A stretch of DNA of 64,000 nucleotides from Acidimicrobiales bacterium (GTDB lineage: Bacteria > Actinomycetota > Acidimicrobiia > Acidimicrobiales > Bog-793). The translations under genes were made by a program, and so were the position numbers. Shown here piece by piece: positions 1-10,300 of this stretch. The notes under the pieces are model-generated. The model was not told the origin of the DNA. It was given only the letters and a program-made list of their open reading frames with translations, and searched no databases. The stretch spans positions 34,198-98,197 of the forward strand of contig JBEKBI010000004.1 in assembly GCA_050015475.1 (NCBI GenBank), given 5' to 3'. How positions within the stretch are numbered: position 1 is the first letter of the stretch; each line of letters begins with the position of its first letter.

Positions 1-2231
1 GCCGGCCCGGCGTACCGGTAGATGCCGCGCAGTATCCCTTCTTTCAGGCTGTTCACAGCCGCTTGCCGCGCGGCGTCGTCGCCTTCGGGCACGGGGAGTG
101 CGGGCATCGGGTAGTTCTCGTTGTAAAGGGTCAGGTAGTACGTGCAGTCTTCGGCACTCGGGCCGAACATGCGGTCGATACCGTGCTCAACGATCGTTGC
201 CATCTCGTAGGCGAAGGCCGGGTCGTAGGCGTGGATCGTCGGCACGACCGAAGCCAACAACTGGGAGTGGCCGTCCTCGTGCTGGAGGCCCTCACCGCTC
301 ATAGTCGTCCGCCCGGCCGTGCATCCGATGAGGAAGCCGCGCGCCCTGGCGTCAGCCGCTTGCCAGATCAGGTCGCCGGTCCTCTGGAACCCGAACATCG
401 AGTAGAAGAGGTAGATCGGCAGCATGGGCGTGGACCATGTTGCGTAGGAGGTGCCGGCTGCCTGGAAGCTCGCCATGCTGCCTGCTTCGGTGATCCCCTC
501 CTCCAGAATCTGGCCGGAACGGTCCTCCGCGTAGGACAACAGGAGGCCGGCGTCGACCGGGGTGTAGAGCTGGCCGTCGGGGGCGTAGATCTTCACCTCC
601 GAGAACAGCGCGTCGAGGCCGAAGGTTCGCCCTTCGTCCGGCACGATCGGGACGACGTACTTGCCGACCCCTGGATCGCGGAGCAGGTTGCGCAAGAGCT
701 TCGCGAACGCCATCGTCGTCGACACAGGCTGGCCTCGGGAACCGAGCGCGAACTCGGCGAAGGTCTCTGGAGCCGGAGCCGGGAGACCGGTGAGCCCGCG
801 GCCCCTGACCACGCGGTTGGGCAGGTGGCCTCCCAACGCCTTGCTGCGATCGAGCAAATACTTGTGGACCGCAGATCCCTCCGGCGGACGGTAGTAGGGA
901 GGCTCATCTGCGTTGAGGGACTCGTCCGGGATCTCCTCATTCAGGTGCAACCGGTCGCGCAAGGCCCTCAGTTGCTTCTTCGTCATCTTCTTGATCTGGT
1001 GGGTGGCGTTCCGCGATTCGATCTCGGGCCCGAGTGTCCAGCCCTTTATGGTCTTCGCGAGGATCGCCGTCGGCACCCCGACCTGTTCGGTCGCCGTCTT
1101 GTAGGCGGCATAAAGCTTCCGGTAGTCGTGTCCGCCCCGCGGGAGTGTCTGCAGCTCAGCGTCCGACAGGTGCTCCACCAGTTCGCGGAGGCGTGGGTCC
1201 GGGCCGAAGAAGGTCTCGCGGATGTAGGCGCCGGACTCGGTGGCGAGTGTCTGGAATTCGCCGTCCGGTGTCGTGTTCATCTTGTTGAGCAGTACGCCGT
1301 CGATGTCGCGGGCCAGGAGTTCGTCCCAACGCCTGCCCCAGATGACCTTGATCACGTTCCACCCGCATCCTCTGAGCAAGGCTTCCAGCTCTTGGATGAT
1401 CTTCCCGTTGCCGCGCACCGGGCCGTCGAGACGCTGCAGGTTGCAGTTGACGACGAAGGTGAGGTTGTCCAGACGTTCGCGGGCCGCGAGGCTGAGCGCG
1501 GCGCGAGTCTCGGGCTCGTCGAACTCGCCGTCGCCGACGAAGCACCACACCCGCGATCCTGTCGTATCCGCGATTTCCCGATTGAGAAGGTAGCGGTTGA
1601 AGCGCGCCTGGTAGATCGCTGCCAGCGGGCCGAGTCCCATGGAAACCGTGGGAAACTCCCACCAATCGGGCATGAGCCGCGGATGGGGGTAGCTGGATAG
1701 CCCGTGACCGCCGACCTCGAAGCGGAAGTTGTCGAGCTGGGCCTCGTCGAGGCGCCCCTCCACATAGGCGCGGGCGTAGACACCTGGTGAGGCATGCCCC
1801 TGGAAGAACACCTGGTCGCCGGGAGTGCCGTCGTCCTTGCCGCGGAAGAAGTGGTTGAAGCCGACCTCGTAGAGGGAAGCCGAGCTCGCGAAGGTCGAAA
1901 GGTGGCCGCCAATGCCCGGATCGCGCATGTTCGCCCGCGTGACCATGACGGCCGCGTTCCACCGTATGTAGCGCCGGACACGGCGTTCGAGGTCCTCGTC
2001 GCCGGGGAACCAGGGTTCCGCGCTGGCCGGAATCGAGTTGATGTACGGCGTGGAGATCGTGGCCGGGAAGCCAACCTGGCTGCCGTGGGCGCGCTCGAGC
2101 AATTTCATGAGCAAGAACTGGGCGCGCGCTCGCCCTCCTTGCTCGACGACGTCGTCGAAGGAGTCCATCCACTCGGCGGTCTCCTCGGGATCGATGTCGG
2201 GTACCTGGTATGAGAAGCCATCGATGATCAC
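1..2231 (-). CDS. aceE: Pyruvate dehydrogenase E1 component, homodimeric AceE type (C-terminus lies beyond window start)
   Basis: Not in the ORF track because the frame runs off the window edge. My translation of the minus strand from GTG at 2231 reads [110 protein letters not shown]. This shows the ThDP-binding GDG..NCN motif and AceE collinearity. Track ORFs 63..1700(+) and 1156..2235(-) are shadow frames of this gene. Confidence 0.9.
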   Translation of the reverse strand, partial: MIIDGFSYQVPDIDPEETAEWMDSFDDVVEQGGRARAQFLLMKLLERAHGSQVGFPATISTPYINSIPASAEPWFPGDEDLERRVRRYIRWNAAVMVTRANMRDPGIGGHLSTFASSASLYEVGFNHFFRGKDDGTPGDQVFFQGHASPGVYARAYVEGRLDEAQLDNFRFEVGGHGLSSYPHPRLMPDWWEFPTVSMGLGPLAAIYQARFNRYLLNREIADTTGSRVWCFVGDGEFDEPETRAALSLAARERLDNLTFVVNCNLQRLDGPVRGNGKIIQELEALLRGCGWNVIKVIWGRRWDELLARDIDGVLLNKMNTTPDGEFQTLATESGAYIRETFFGPDPRLRELVEHLSDAELQTLPRGGHDYRKLYAAYKTATEQVGVPTAILAKTIKGWTLGPEIESRNATHQIKKMTKKQLRALRDRLHLNEEIPDESLNADEPPYYRPPEGSAVHKYLLDRSKALGGHLPNRVVRGRGLTGLPAPAPETFAEFALGSRGQPVSTTMAFAKLLRNLLRDPGVGKYVVPIVPDEGRTFGLDALFSEVKIYAPDGQLYTPVDAGLLLSYAEDRSGQILEEGITEAGSMASFQAAGTSYATWSTPMLPIYLFYSMFGFQRTGDLIWQAADARARGFLIGCTAGRTTMSGEGLQHEDGHSQLLASVVPTIHAYDPAFAYEMATIVEHGIDRMFGPSAEDCTYYLTLYNENYPMPALPVPEGDDAARQAAVNSLKEGILRGIYRYAGP

Positions 2232-2381
2232 GCATCCAGTTTCGCGCCTTCAGAAAATTTCCCGGCCGCGAAGGATCTGGACCCGTCGGGTCAGCTGATT
2301 GGATTGGCGCAGTACTGGCCCCGAGTTAGGTAAAGGCTCAGTTTGCCGGACGGATCGGCGCGCGGCGGGCAGAATGGCTGC

Positions 2382-2849
2382 GTGACCCTCTTCGAAGACC
2401 CGACACCGTCCACAGTCGTGTTCACCGATGGCGCCTGCGTGGGCAACCCTGGCCCTGGGGGATGGGCGTGGGCGATCTCCGAGGAGATCTACGAGAGCGG
2501 ACATGCGGAGCGGACGACCAATCAACGCATGGAGGTCACTGCGGTTCTTCAGGCGCTCGGCGCCATCAGCGGGCGAGTGCATGTGGTGAGCGACTCGACG
2601 TACGTCGTCAACTGTTTCAAGCAGAGATGGTGGGAGGGCTGGCGTCGCAGGGGCTGGAAGAATTCGCGTGGTGAGCAGGTCGCGAATCAGGACCTGTGGC
2701 GTCCGCTCATCGATGAGATCGTCGATCGGAGAAGGGGCGATATCGAGCTCACCTGGGTGAAGGGACATTCCGGCCACCCGATGAACGAGCTGGTCGACCG
2801 TCTGGCGGTCGAGGCCGCCCGTTTGCAGCGCGACGCCCGCGCGGGTTGA
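2382..2849 (+). CDS. rnhA: Ribonuclease HI
   Basis: ORF 2343..2849 contains VVFTDGACVGNPGPGGWAW, TTNQRMEVTAVLQAL, VVSDSTYVVNCF and TWVKGHSGHPMNELVDRLA, the RNase H1 catalytic core motifs. Start placed at in-frame GTG 2382; TTG 2343 is also possible. Confidence 0.85.
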   Translation: MTLFEDPTPSTVVFTDGACVGNPGPGGWAWAISEEIYESGHAERTTNQRMEVTAVLQALGAISGRVHVVSDSTYVVNCFKQRWWEGWRRRGWKNSRGEQVANQDLWRPLIDEIVDRRRGDIELTWVKGHSGHPMNELVDRLAVEAARLQRDARAG

Positions 2850-2892
2850 TGCGGCGGGTCAGGAACACGAAATCTAGGTATTGTCCATCTCG

Positions 2893-3873
2893 ATGAGATA
2901 TGTAGAGGTGGGTGGTGAAAAGGTGTCGGCCATAGGCCTTGGCACCTGGCAGTTCGGGTCCAGGGAGTGGGGCTACGGCTCCCGCTATGCCGACAAGGAC
3001 TCGGCCGACATTCTCAATCGCGCGCTCGAGCTGGGTATCAACCTGGTCGACACGGCCGAGATGTACGGCTTTGGTCGCTCGGAGCGGATTGTCGGTCACG
3101 CGATCGCAGGTCGGTGGGACGAGGTGTTTCTTGCCACGAAAGTCCTCCCCATTCTCCCGTTGCGGTCGATAGTCGCCCGCCGGGCGGCCGGGAGCGCGCG
3201 TCGCCTGGGCACCGGCAAGATCGACCTTTACCAGTTGCACTGGCCCAACCGGTTGGTGTCGCTCACAGAGCAAATGGGTGCGATGCGGGAGCTCCAGCGC
3301 GAGGGATTGATCCGCCTGATCGGGATCTCCAACTACTCCCTCGACCGCTGGCAGGTCGCGGAAGCCGCCCTCGGTGGCCCGGTCTGGTCCAACCAGGTCC
3401 GCTTCAACCTCGTCTCCCGCCGTCCGCTCGAGGGGATGACGGCCTGGGCGGCCGCGAACGACCGCGTTGTGATCGCCTACAGCCCGCTCGCCCAGGGCCT
3501 GTTGTCGGCCCGATACGACGTGGACCACCGCCCGACTGCAATGCGGGCCAACACGGCAGCATTCCTGCCCGAGAATCTCTCTCGAGCCCAGATCCTGCTC
3601 GAGGCTCTGCGTGAGGTCGCGAGCAGCCATGAAGCCACGCCGGCCCAGGTGGCTCTCGCCTGGGTGATCAGCCATCCGAACGTCGTCGCCATTCCCGGCG
3701 CCAGTTCGGTCGAGCAGCTCGAGCGCAACGCGGAAGCCGCCGATCTCGACCTCACGGACGACGAGAAGCGGCAGCTGGAGGACGCCGCCCGGGCCTATCA
3801 GCCGGTCAGCGGTCTGGAAGCGGTGCCTCCGCTCATGCGGAGCTGGGCCGCGGCGCGCGAGCGAAGGCGGTAG
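2893..3873 (+). CDS. Aldo/keto reductase family oxidoreductase
   Basis: GLGTWQFG, LVDTAEMYG, FLATKV, DLYQLHWP and AIPGASSVEQLERN are typical AKR motifs. Start set at ATG 2893 (MRYVEVGG..), inside track ORF 2881..3873. Confidence 0.85.
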   Translation: MRYVEVGGEKVSAIGLGTWQFGSREWGYGSRYADKDSADILNRALELGINLVDTAEMYGFGRSERIVGHAIAGRWDEVFLATKVLPILPLRSIVARRAAGSARRLGTGKIDLYQLHWPNRLVSLTEQMGAMRELQREGLIRLIGISNYSLDRWQVAEAALGGPVWSNQVRFNLVSRRPLEGMTAWAAANDRVVIAYSPLAQGLLSARYDVDHRPTAMRANTAAFLPENLSRAQILLEALREVASSHEATPAQVALAWVISHPNVVAIPGASSVEQLERNAEAADLDLTDDEKRQLEDAARAYQPVSGLEAVPPLMRSWAAARERRR

Positions 3874-4120
3874 CGGGGCAAAGCCGGGCGCCCACGGCCG
3901 GGTCGGCGCGCGACGCTCTCACTGTCGACAGGCCAAACGGGGCTCTCATCGGCGGGCTGCCCGAGTACGGGGAGCGGCTGGAAACAGGCTCGGCCACGGC
4001 CGACGGGAACTCCGCAAGGCTTTAGGCTGAGCCCAGTGGATCGCCCGTCTGCCCGGGCTCTCGACGTGTCCGGCGAGCGGGCAAGCGATCAAGTGGTCGA
4101 TTAGCAACTGAACCCAGGGG

Positions 4121-5551
4121 GTGGTCCGTCTGGCAGCCAATCAAGCCGAGCCGGCGCAGTACGACATCGTCGTCATCGGTGGCGGGCCCGGAGGCTATGC
4201 GACTGCGCTTTACGCCGGCGCCGCCGGGCTGTCGGTGGCAGTGGTGGAGAAGGACAAGGTCGGGGGGACGTGCCTTCACCGGGGATGTGTGCCCGCGAAA
4301 GAGTTCCTGGAGACCGCGGCCGTGTTGCGCCACGTAGAGGGCGCGGCGGAATTCGGCATCAACGCCGCCGGTCCCGCCGTCGACTTCAGCGTGAGCCAGG
4401 ACAGGAAGGGCCGCATCGTCGAAGAGCTGTTCAAAGGCCTCTCGGGCCTGCTCAAGCAACGCAAGGTCACCGTGGTCGAGGGAGTGGGGCGCCTGCGTGC
4501 CGGCAGGATTGTCGAGGTCACCGGATCTGACGGGACGCTCAAGCTGCTCTCGGGGCGCAACGTCGTGCTCGCCTCGGGCTCGGTCCCGAGGACTTTGTCC
4601 GGTTTCGAGGTGGACGGCAGCTATGTGCTCACGTCGGATCACCTCTTGTCGCTGCGGGACCTGCCGAGGTCGGTGGCGGTCATCGGCGGGGGAGCGATTG
4701 GGTGCGAGTTCGCGTCGATGCTCTCCGACCTCAAAGTGAGGGTCACGCTGCTCGAGGCGCTTCCGAAGATCCTGCCTGGTTGCGACGAGGACGTGGCCAA
4801 CGTTGTCGTCCGCTCCTTTTCCAAGCGCGGCGTCGCCGTCCGGACCGGGATCACGGTGACAGGTCACGAGCCTGAGGAGGACCACACATCGGTGGTGTTC
4901 GCGGACGGGGAGAAGCTGGAGGTCGACACGATCCTCATGTCGATCGGGCGGCGCCCGCTTTCGGAGGGACTGTTGGCCGAGGGCACTGGTGTCGAGGTCG
5001 ACGAACGCGGTTATGTGCGCGTGGACGAATGGATGAAGACGGGAGAGAACGGTGTTTTCGCCATCGGCGATCTCGTGGCGACGCCGCAGCTGGCCCATGT
5101 CGCCTTTGCCGAGGCGATTCTGGCCGTGAAGCAGATCCTTGGCGAGAGCGCCGTGCCGGTCGACTATGGGAAGGTGCCGTGGGCCATCTACTGCCGCCCG
5201 GAGGTTGCCTTCGTCGGCATGACCGAACAGGACGCGGTCGCGGCGGGCATTGCGACCGTCACGAAACGGGACCCGTTCGGCGGCAACAGCCGCGCCCGCA
5301 TCGTCGGAGAGACCGACGGTCTCGTCAAGGTGATCTGCGAGAAGAAGCCGGACGGTCACGCAGGGCGGCTGCTCGGCGTCCACATGGCCGGCCCTTGGGT
5401 CACCGAGCAGCTGGGCCAGGCCTATTTGTCAGTGAACTGGGAAGCCACGCCGGAGGAGATTGCGCCCTTCCTGCAGCCGCATCCGTCGCTGTCCGAAACC
5501 TTCGGCGAGACCGTACTGGCCCTTACGGGAAGGGGTCTTCACATTGCCTGA
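4121..5551 (+). CDS. lpdA: Dihydrolipoyl dehydrogenase (E3)
   Basis: YDIVVIGGGPGGY FAD motif, redox-active disulfide GGTCLHRGCVPAK, second dinucleotide fold VIGGGAIGCEF, and C-terminal HPSLSE motif. Confidence 0.92.
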   Translation: MVRLAANQAEPAQYDIVVIGGGPGGYATALYAGAAGLSVAVVEKDKVGGTCLHRGCVPAKEFLETAAVLRHVEGAAEFGINAAGPAVDFSVSQDRKGRIVEELFKGLSGLLKQRKVTVVEGVGRLRAGRIVEVTGSDGTLKLLSGRNVVLASGSVPRTLSGFEVDGSYVLTSDHLLSLRDLPRSVAVIGGGAIGCEFASMLSDLKVRVTLLEALPKILPGCDEDVANVVVRSFSKRGVAVRTGITVTGHEPEEDHTSVVFADGEKLEVDTILMSIGRRPLSEGLLAEGTGVEVDERGYVRVDEWMKTGENGVFAIGDLVATPQLAHVAFAEAILAVKQILGESAVPVDYGKVPWAIYCRPEVAFVGMTEQDAVAAGIATVTKRDPFGGNSRARIVGETDGLVKVICEKKPDGHAGRLLGVHMAGPWVTEQLGQAYLSVNWEATPEEIAPFLQPHPSLSETFGETVLALTGRGLHIA

Positions 5552-5558
5552 CATCACG

Positions 5559-6860
5559 ATGCCGCAGCTGGGCGAGACCGTCACAGAGGGGACCATTCTC
5601 CGCTGGCTGAAGAAGGTGGGCGACGAGATCGTCCAGGATGAGCCACTGTTCGAGGTGTCGACCGACAAGGTCGACTCCGAGGTTCCCTCGCCCGCGTCCG
5701 GTTACGTGGCCGAGATCCTCGTGCCCGAAGGAGCGACCGTTGATGTTGGAACCAAGCTGGCGGTGATCACGGACGCGGCGCCTTCCGCCGCCCCAACCGC
5801 CGCAGAGGCGAGCGTCCCGACTGTTGAGGCCCGCTCCGAGGCGAAAGCCGGCCCGCTCGACGCAGTGACCGACGCAAAGGCTTCGCCACCGCCTTCGGCC
5901 CCTGCGCCCGACCGGGTCTCCGAACCGGCCGAGGCCGAGACGGGCCGGAAGGGATTGGTACTTTCTCCGGTTGTCCGCCAGCTGGTCGCCGAGCACGGGA
6001 TAGACCCGCATTCGGTCACCGGCACTGGCCGGGGTGGTCGGATCACGCGGGCGGACGTGTTGTCGTACATCGACCAGCACTCCGAGGATTCGCCCGCAAA
6101 GCCGCAGGCCCCAGTGGCGCTTTCCGCGCCCCCACCCGTCGCCGGAACGCGTGACGAGGTCGTCCCGTTCACCAATATCCGCCGCCTCACGGCCGAGCAC
6201 ATGGTCCGCTCGAAGGCGACCTCGGCCCACACCCTTGCAGTGATCGAGGCTGACTACGAGGGGATCGACCGGGTTCGCAAGGCGCACAAGGCGAAGTTCT
6301 TGGAGGAGGAGGGCATCGGGCTCACTTACCTCTCCTTCATCGCCCGTGCCCTTGTCGACGCGCTGCGCGCCTACCCACAGCTGAACGCGTCCGTGGGCGA
6401 CGACGCTCTCATCGTCCATCGTGACGTCCACCTGGGAATCGCCGTCGATCTCGACCAGCGAGGGCTGATCGTGCCTGTGGTCCGCAACGCTGAGGCTCAG
6501 TCGTTGCGGGGGCTCGCCCGGGCGATCGCCGATCTCGCCGAACGGGCCCGCAACCGCAAGCTGTCAGCCGATGAGGTGGTCGGCGGGACGTTCACCATCA
6601 CGAACCCAGGCCCGTTCGGGACGTTTCTGACGGCGCCGATCATCAATCAACCGCAGGTGGCGATCCTGTCGACCGACGGGATCAAGCGGCGGCCCGTCGT
6701 GATCACTGCCCCGGACGGCACCGAGGCGGTGGGGATCCATGCGGTGGGCATGCTCGCACTCTCCTTCGACCACCGCGCCGTCGACGGGGCTTACGCGTCC
6801 GCCTTCCTCCACGAGCTCGCTCGTGAGATCGAGACTCGTGACTGGGAAGCTGAATTTTGA
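5559..6860 (+). CDS. Dihydrolipoamide acyltransferase (E2) of a 2-oxoacid dehydrogenase complex, single lipoyl domain
   Basis: Lipoyl domain MPQLGETVTEGTILRWLKKVGD..EVSTDKVDSEVPSP, an Ala/Pro linker, E3/E1-binding domain LSPVVRQLVAEHGIDPHSVTGTGRGGRITRADV, and a catalytic domain with SFDHRAVDG. ATG 5559 chosen; TTG 5544, which overlaps the lpd stop, is also possible. The track start at 5460 overlaps lpd and is unlikely. Confidence 0.9.
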   Translation: MPQLGETVTEGTILRWLKKVGDEIVQDEPLFEVSTDKVDSEVPSPASGYVAEILVPEGATVDVGTKLAVITDAAPSAAPTAAEASVPTVEARSEAKAGPLDAVTDAKASPPPSAPAPDRVSEPAEAETGRKGLVLSPVVRQLVAEHGIDPHSVTGTGRGGRITRADVLSYIDQHSEDSPAKPQAPVALSAPPPVAGTRDEVVPFTNIRRLTAEHMVRSKATSAHTLAVIEADYEGIDRVRKAHKAKFLEEEGIGLTYLSFIARALVDALRAYPQLNASVGDDALIVHRDVHLGIAVDLDQRGLIVPVVRNAEAQSLRGLARAIADLAERARNRKLSADEVVGGTFTITNPGPFGTFLTAPIINQPQVAILSTDGIKRRPVVITAPDGTEAVGIHAVGMLALSFDHRAVDGAYASAFLHELAREIETRDWEAEF

Positions 6861-8521
6861 CCGCAGCGGGTCGGGAGCTTCGCGTTCGCTGGTTGGGGCG
6901 CGTCCGGTACAGGGACGCCCACGCCCTCCAGCAAGCGCTCTTCAGGCCGGGTGGCGCTGAGTACCTCCTCCTTCTCGAGCACCCGCCCGTATACACCCTC
7001 GGCGTGCGTGCCAAGGCGGAGCACGTCCTCGTCGACCCCGGGTCCGTCGGCGCCGAGCTCGTGCACACCGACCGTGGGGGAGACGTCACCTACCACGGCC
7101 CGGGCCAGTTGGTCGGCTACCCGATCCTGAACGTGCCTATGGGTATCGGCGCCGTGCCCGCGCACGTCAACGCGATCGAACAGCTCGTCATCGACGCACT
7201 TTCCGAACTTGGGCTGGACGGTGCAGGCCGGATTCGGGGCTTGCCCGGCGTTTGGATCGATCCCACGGGTGCGCGACCACGGAAGATCTGTGCCGTCGGC
7301 GTGAGAATCAACCGGGGTCGTTCGATGCACGGGTTTGCACTGAACGTCGACCCGGACCTCGCCATGTTCGAGCGGATCATCCCATGCGGACTAAAGGACA
7401 AAGGTGTGACGTCCCTTGCCGCCGAGGGAGTGGGCGCGTCGATGCGTGACGTCGTCGAGGCAATCGTGCGCCGGGCGCCTGACACCCTCGCAAAGGGGGC
7501 TCTCATCGAGCGCCAGGACGCGTCATGGTGGCCGGATCCGGCTGCGTTCTCGACGCCGATCGCCACTCCCGATGGTGACGCGCGCCCCGAGAGATCGCTC
7601 GACCGCCGGCTTGTCGCAGCTGGTGTCGACCCCGCGCAAGGCTTGGGGCTTGGGAGCCCTAAGCCCGATTGGGCCCGGGCCCAGGTCCGGATCGGCCCGG
7701 AGCTCGTGCGGCTTCGCGCGACGATGCGCGAGCTCAAGCTCGCTACCGTTTGCGAGGCCGCAGGATGCCCGAACATCTTCGAGTGCTGGGCGGATGGCAC
7801 CGCGACGTTCATGATCAACGGTGAGCGTTGCACGAGGGCTTGCGGCTACTGCCTGATCGACACGCGCCGCCCGCTCCCTCTCGACCCGGGCGAGCCTCAC
7901 CGTGTGGCGGAGGCCGTCGTGCGCATGGGTTTGTCGCACGCCGTCGTCACGGCGGTAGCACGCGACGATCTCGACGATGGCGGCGCGCTGGCCTTCGTCG
8001 AGACGATCGCCGCCATCCGTGGTTTGAGTCCTGGGACGACGGTCGAGGTCCTCATTCCGGACTGCAAGGGAGACGAAGTCGCTTTGGGTGCGATCTTCGA
8101 CGCTCGTCCCGACGTGCTGAACCACAATCTGGAGACCGTTAACCGGCTCCAGCGTGCCGTCAGGCCTTCGGCCAGCTATGCGCGGAGCCTGTCGGTGCTG
8201 GCGCGGGCGGTCATGGCCGGTTGCACAGCGAAGTCAGGCATCATCCTCGGCATGGGCGAGACTGAGACCGAGGTTCTGGCGGCGATCGCTGACCTTTGTG
8301 AGGTGGGAGTCGAGATCCTCACGCTGGGCCAGTATCTGCGTCCGACGGCGGCGCATCTGCCCGTGGCACGCTGGTGGAAGCCAGCCGAGTTCGAGACTCT
8401 GGCCGCGGCTGCGAGGTCGATGGGGATGAAGCACGTCGAGGCGTCGCCGCTCACGCGGTCGAGCTACCACGCGAAACGTGCGATCGTGGCGTCGGACGGG
8501 GCCGTGGCTTCTTCGCAGTAG
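6857..8521 (+). CDS. lipB-lipA: Fused octanoyltransferase LipB / lipoyl synthase LipA (single 554-aa ORF)
   Basis: The N-terminal ~220 aa are LipB-like (HPPVYTLG, TDRGGDVTYHGPGQLVGYPI, RKICAVGV, IIPCGL with the catalytic Cys). From about aa 250 the protein is LipA-like (ATVCEAAGCPNIFECW auxiliary cluster, radical-SAM CTRACGYC, NHNLETV, GMGETETE, SSYHA). There is no in-frame stop and no plausible internal start in the ~30-aa linker. The TTG start overlaps the E2 stop (TTGA). Confidence 0.85.
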   Translation: MTAAGRELRVRWLGRVRYRDAHALQQALFRPGGAEYLLLLEHPPVYTLGVRAKAEHVLVDPGSVGAELVHTDRGGDVTYHGPGQLVGYPILNVPMGIGAVPAHVNAIEQLVIDALSELGLDGAGRIRGLPGVWIDPTGARPRKICAVGVRINRGRSMHGFALNVDPDLAMFERIIPCGLKDKGVTSLAAEGVGASMRDVVEAIVRRAPDTLAKGALIERQDASWWPDPAAFSTPIATPDGDARPERSLDRRLVAAGVDPAQGLGLGSPKPDWARAQVRIGPELVRLRATMRELKLATVCEAAGCPNIFECWADGTATFMINGERCTRACGYCLIDTRRPLPLDPGEPHRVAEAVVRMGLSHAVVTAVARDDLDDGGALAFVETIAAIRGLSPGTTVEVLIPDCKGDEVALGAIFDARPDVLNHNLETVNRLQRAVRPSASYARSLSVLARAVMAGCTAKSGIILGMGETETEVLAAIADLCEVGVEILTLGQYLRPTAAHLPVARWWKPAEFETLAAAARSMGMKHVEASPLTRSSYHAKRAIVASDGAVASSQ

Positions 8522-8584
8522 GCGAAAGGCGGTCTCAGCCGCGCGCCACTCGGCTAGGCAGGGATACAGAGAGAGGATGGTGTT

Positions 8585-9313
8585 ATGGACCTCGGTCTCA
8601 AAGGACGGGTGGCGATTGTGGCTGCGTCGTCCAAGGGCCTGGGCAGAGCTGCAGCCGAAGCGCTCGCGGCTGAGGGCGCGCGTCTCGTCGTCTCCGCCCG
8701 CGGGGCCGAAGCGCTGGCGAGCGCCGAGAAGACCCTTTCGTCGCGCGGCGCGGACGTCGTCGCAGTCCAGGCGGACGTGACCGACCCGGCGACGCCCGAG
8801 CTGCTCGTCGCCACCGCGCTCGACAACTTCGATCGCCTCGACATAGTCGTGCCTAACGCAGGCGGACCACCGCCAGCCGGTGCGCTCGAGCTCAGCGACG
8901 AGGCCATCTTGGCAGCGGTGCAGGCGAACCTGCTTACGAGCGTTCGTTTCGTGAGGGCTGCGTTGCCCCACCTCAAGGCCGCGGGATGGGGTCGCATCTG
9001 CTGCATAGCCTCTGCGTCGATCGTGCAGGCGATGCCGACCCTGGCGCTGTCCAACACCGCGCGGACCGGGTTATGGGCCTGGGCGAAGACAGCCGCCGCG
9101 GACCTGCGCGACACCGGCGTAACGCTCAACCTCGCCTGTCCCGGCTTCCATGCCACCGATCGCATGCTCGAGCTCGGGCGCTCCGGTGGTGTGCGCCCGA
9201 TGGGTGACCCGGCCGACTTCGGGAAGGTAGTGGCGTTCCTCTGCTCGCAGGCAGCGGGGAACGTCAACGGAGCGAGGGTCGTCGTCGACGGCGGAGACTC
9301 ACTGGCGTTGTGA
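8585..9313 (+). CDS. Short-chain dehydrogenase/reductase (SDR) family oxidoreductase
   Basis: N-terminal Rossmann motif GRVAIVAASSKGLG, NAGG motif (VPNAGGPP), and a size of about 240 aa. Substrate unknown. Confidence 0.75.
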   Translation: MDLGLKGRVAIVAASSKGLGRAAAEALAAEGARLVVSARGAEALASAEKTLSSRGADVVAVQADVTDPATPELLVATALDNFDRLDIVVPNAGGPPPAGALELSDEAILAAVQANLLTSVRFVRAALPHLKAAGWGRICCIASASIVQAMPTLALSNTARTGLWAWAKTAAADLRDTGVTLNLACPGFHATDRMLELGRSGGVRPMGDPADFGKVVAFLCSQAAGNVNGARVVVDGGDSLAL

Positions 9314-9390
9314 CACCCTTCCCATCCGGACGTATAGATGGGGACGGTAGCCTGCGTCAATGGAGGACCCGATGAGCGAAAGACGCCGCC

Positions 9391-10266
9391 ATGACTGACC
9401 CGTCGTCTCTTTACAGGCTCACCGGTGAGGCGCCGCCGTCCTCGCCGGTCCTCGTCGTCGTGCTCGAAGGATGGGTGGATGCGGGCCTCGCGGGTGGGAC
9501 TGCGATGGCAAGACTGCTCGAAGCCGTGGATACGGTGCCCTACGCGGTGTTCGACTCCGAGGAATTGCTCGATCAGCGAGCCCGCCGGCCCAAGCTCAAG
9601 GTCGTGGACGGGATCAGCGAGGACCTTGACTGGCCACAGGTGACCCTTAGCGTGGGCACCGACCGCCTCGGCTCGGGCGTAGCGCTGCTCACCGGCCCCG
9701 AGCCTGACATGCGCTGGCAGTCGTTCTCAGCTGCCGTCGCCGACCTCGCGACTGCTCTCGGGGTTCGGCTCATGGTTGGCCTCGGAGGATTCCCTGCCGG
9801 CGTTCCCCACACGAGACCCGTCAAGCTCGTGGCCACGGGCGCGCAAGCATCCTTGGTCAGTCGGATAGGCCTGTTCGGAGGATCCATCGAGGTCCCGGCA
9901 GGTATTCAGTCGGCCGTCGAAAACGCCTGTGCCAAGGTGGGAATTCCCTCGGTTGGATTGTGGGCGCGAGTGCCGCACTACGTCACCGCCATGGCTTTTC
10001 CCGCGGCGTCCGTCGCCCTGCTCGACGGCCTTGCCAGCCTTTCCGGGCTCGTGATCGATTCCGGTGTTCTTGCCGCGGCCGCGGAGGAGGCGCGCACGAA
10101 AATCGACGAGCTGATTGCCGAGAGCAGCGAGCATCGGGAGATGGTCCATCAGCTCGAGCAACAGATCGACGAGGTCGAGGCCCCGTCAGCCCGGATCGAT
10201 GACCAAGTCGTCCCTTCGGGGGACGAGATTGCTGCGGAACTGGAGCGGTACTTGCGCGGCCAGTGA
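9391..10266 (+). CDS. PAC2 (proteasome assembly chaperone 2-like) family protein
   Basis: VLVVVLEGWVDAGLAGG.., DQRARRP, LLTGPEPDMRW and GFPAGVPHTRP match what I remember of actinobacterial PAC2 family proteins. The C-terminus is coiled-coil and acidic. Confidence 0.7.
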   Translation: MTDPSSLYRLTGEAPPSSPVLVVVLEGWVDAGLAGGTAMARLLEAVDTVPYAVFDSEELLDQRARRPKLKVVDGISEDLDWPQVTLSVGTDRLGSGVALLTGPEPDMRWQSFSAAVADLATALGVRLMVGLGGFPAGVPHTRPVKLVATGAQASLVSRIGLFGGSIEVPAGIQSAVENACAKVGIPSVGLWARVPHYVTAMAFPAASVALLDGLASLSGLVIDSGVLAAAAEEARTKIDELIAESSEHREMVHQLEQQIDEVEAPSARIDDQVVPSGDEIAAELERYLRGQ

Positions 10267-10300
10267 GCGCCGTGTTTTCCGTCCAAGGCCGCGGACTGCG

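Noticed and set aside
5460-5558. N-terminal extension of the E2 ORF.
   Set aside because: It overlaps the last 30 codons of lpd in another frame. The lipoyl domain begins at MPQLGE (ATG 5559).
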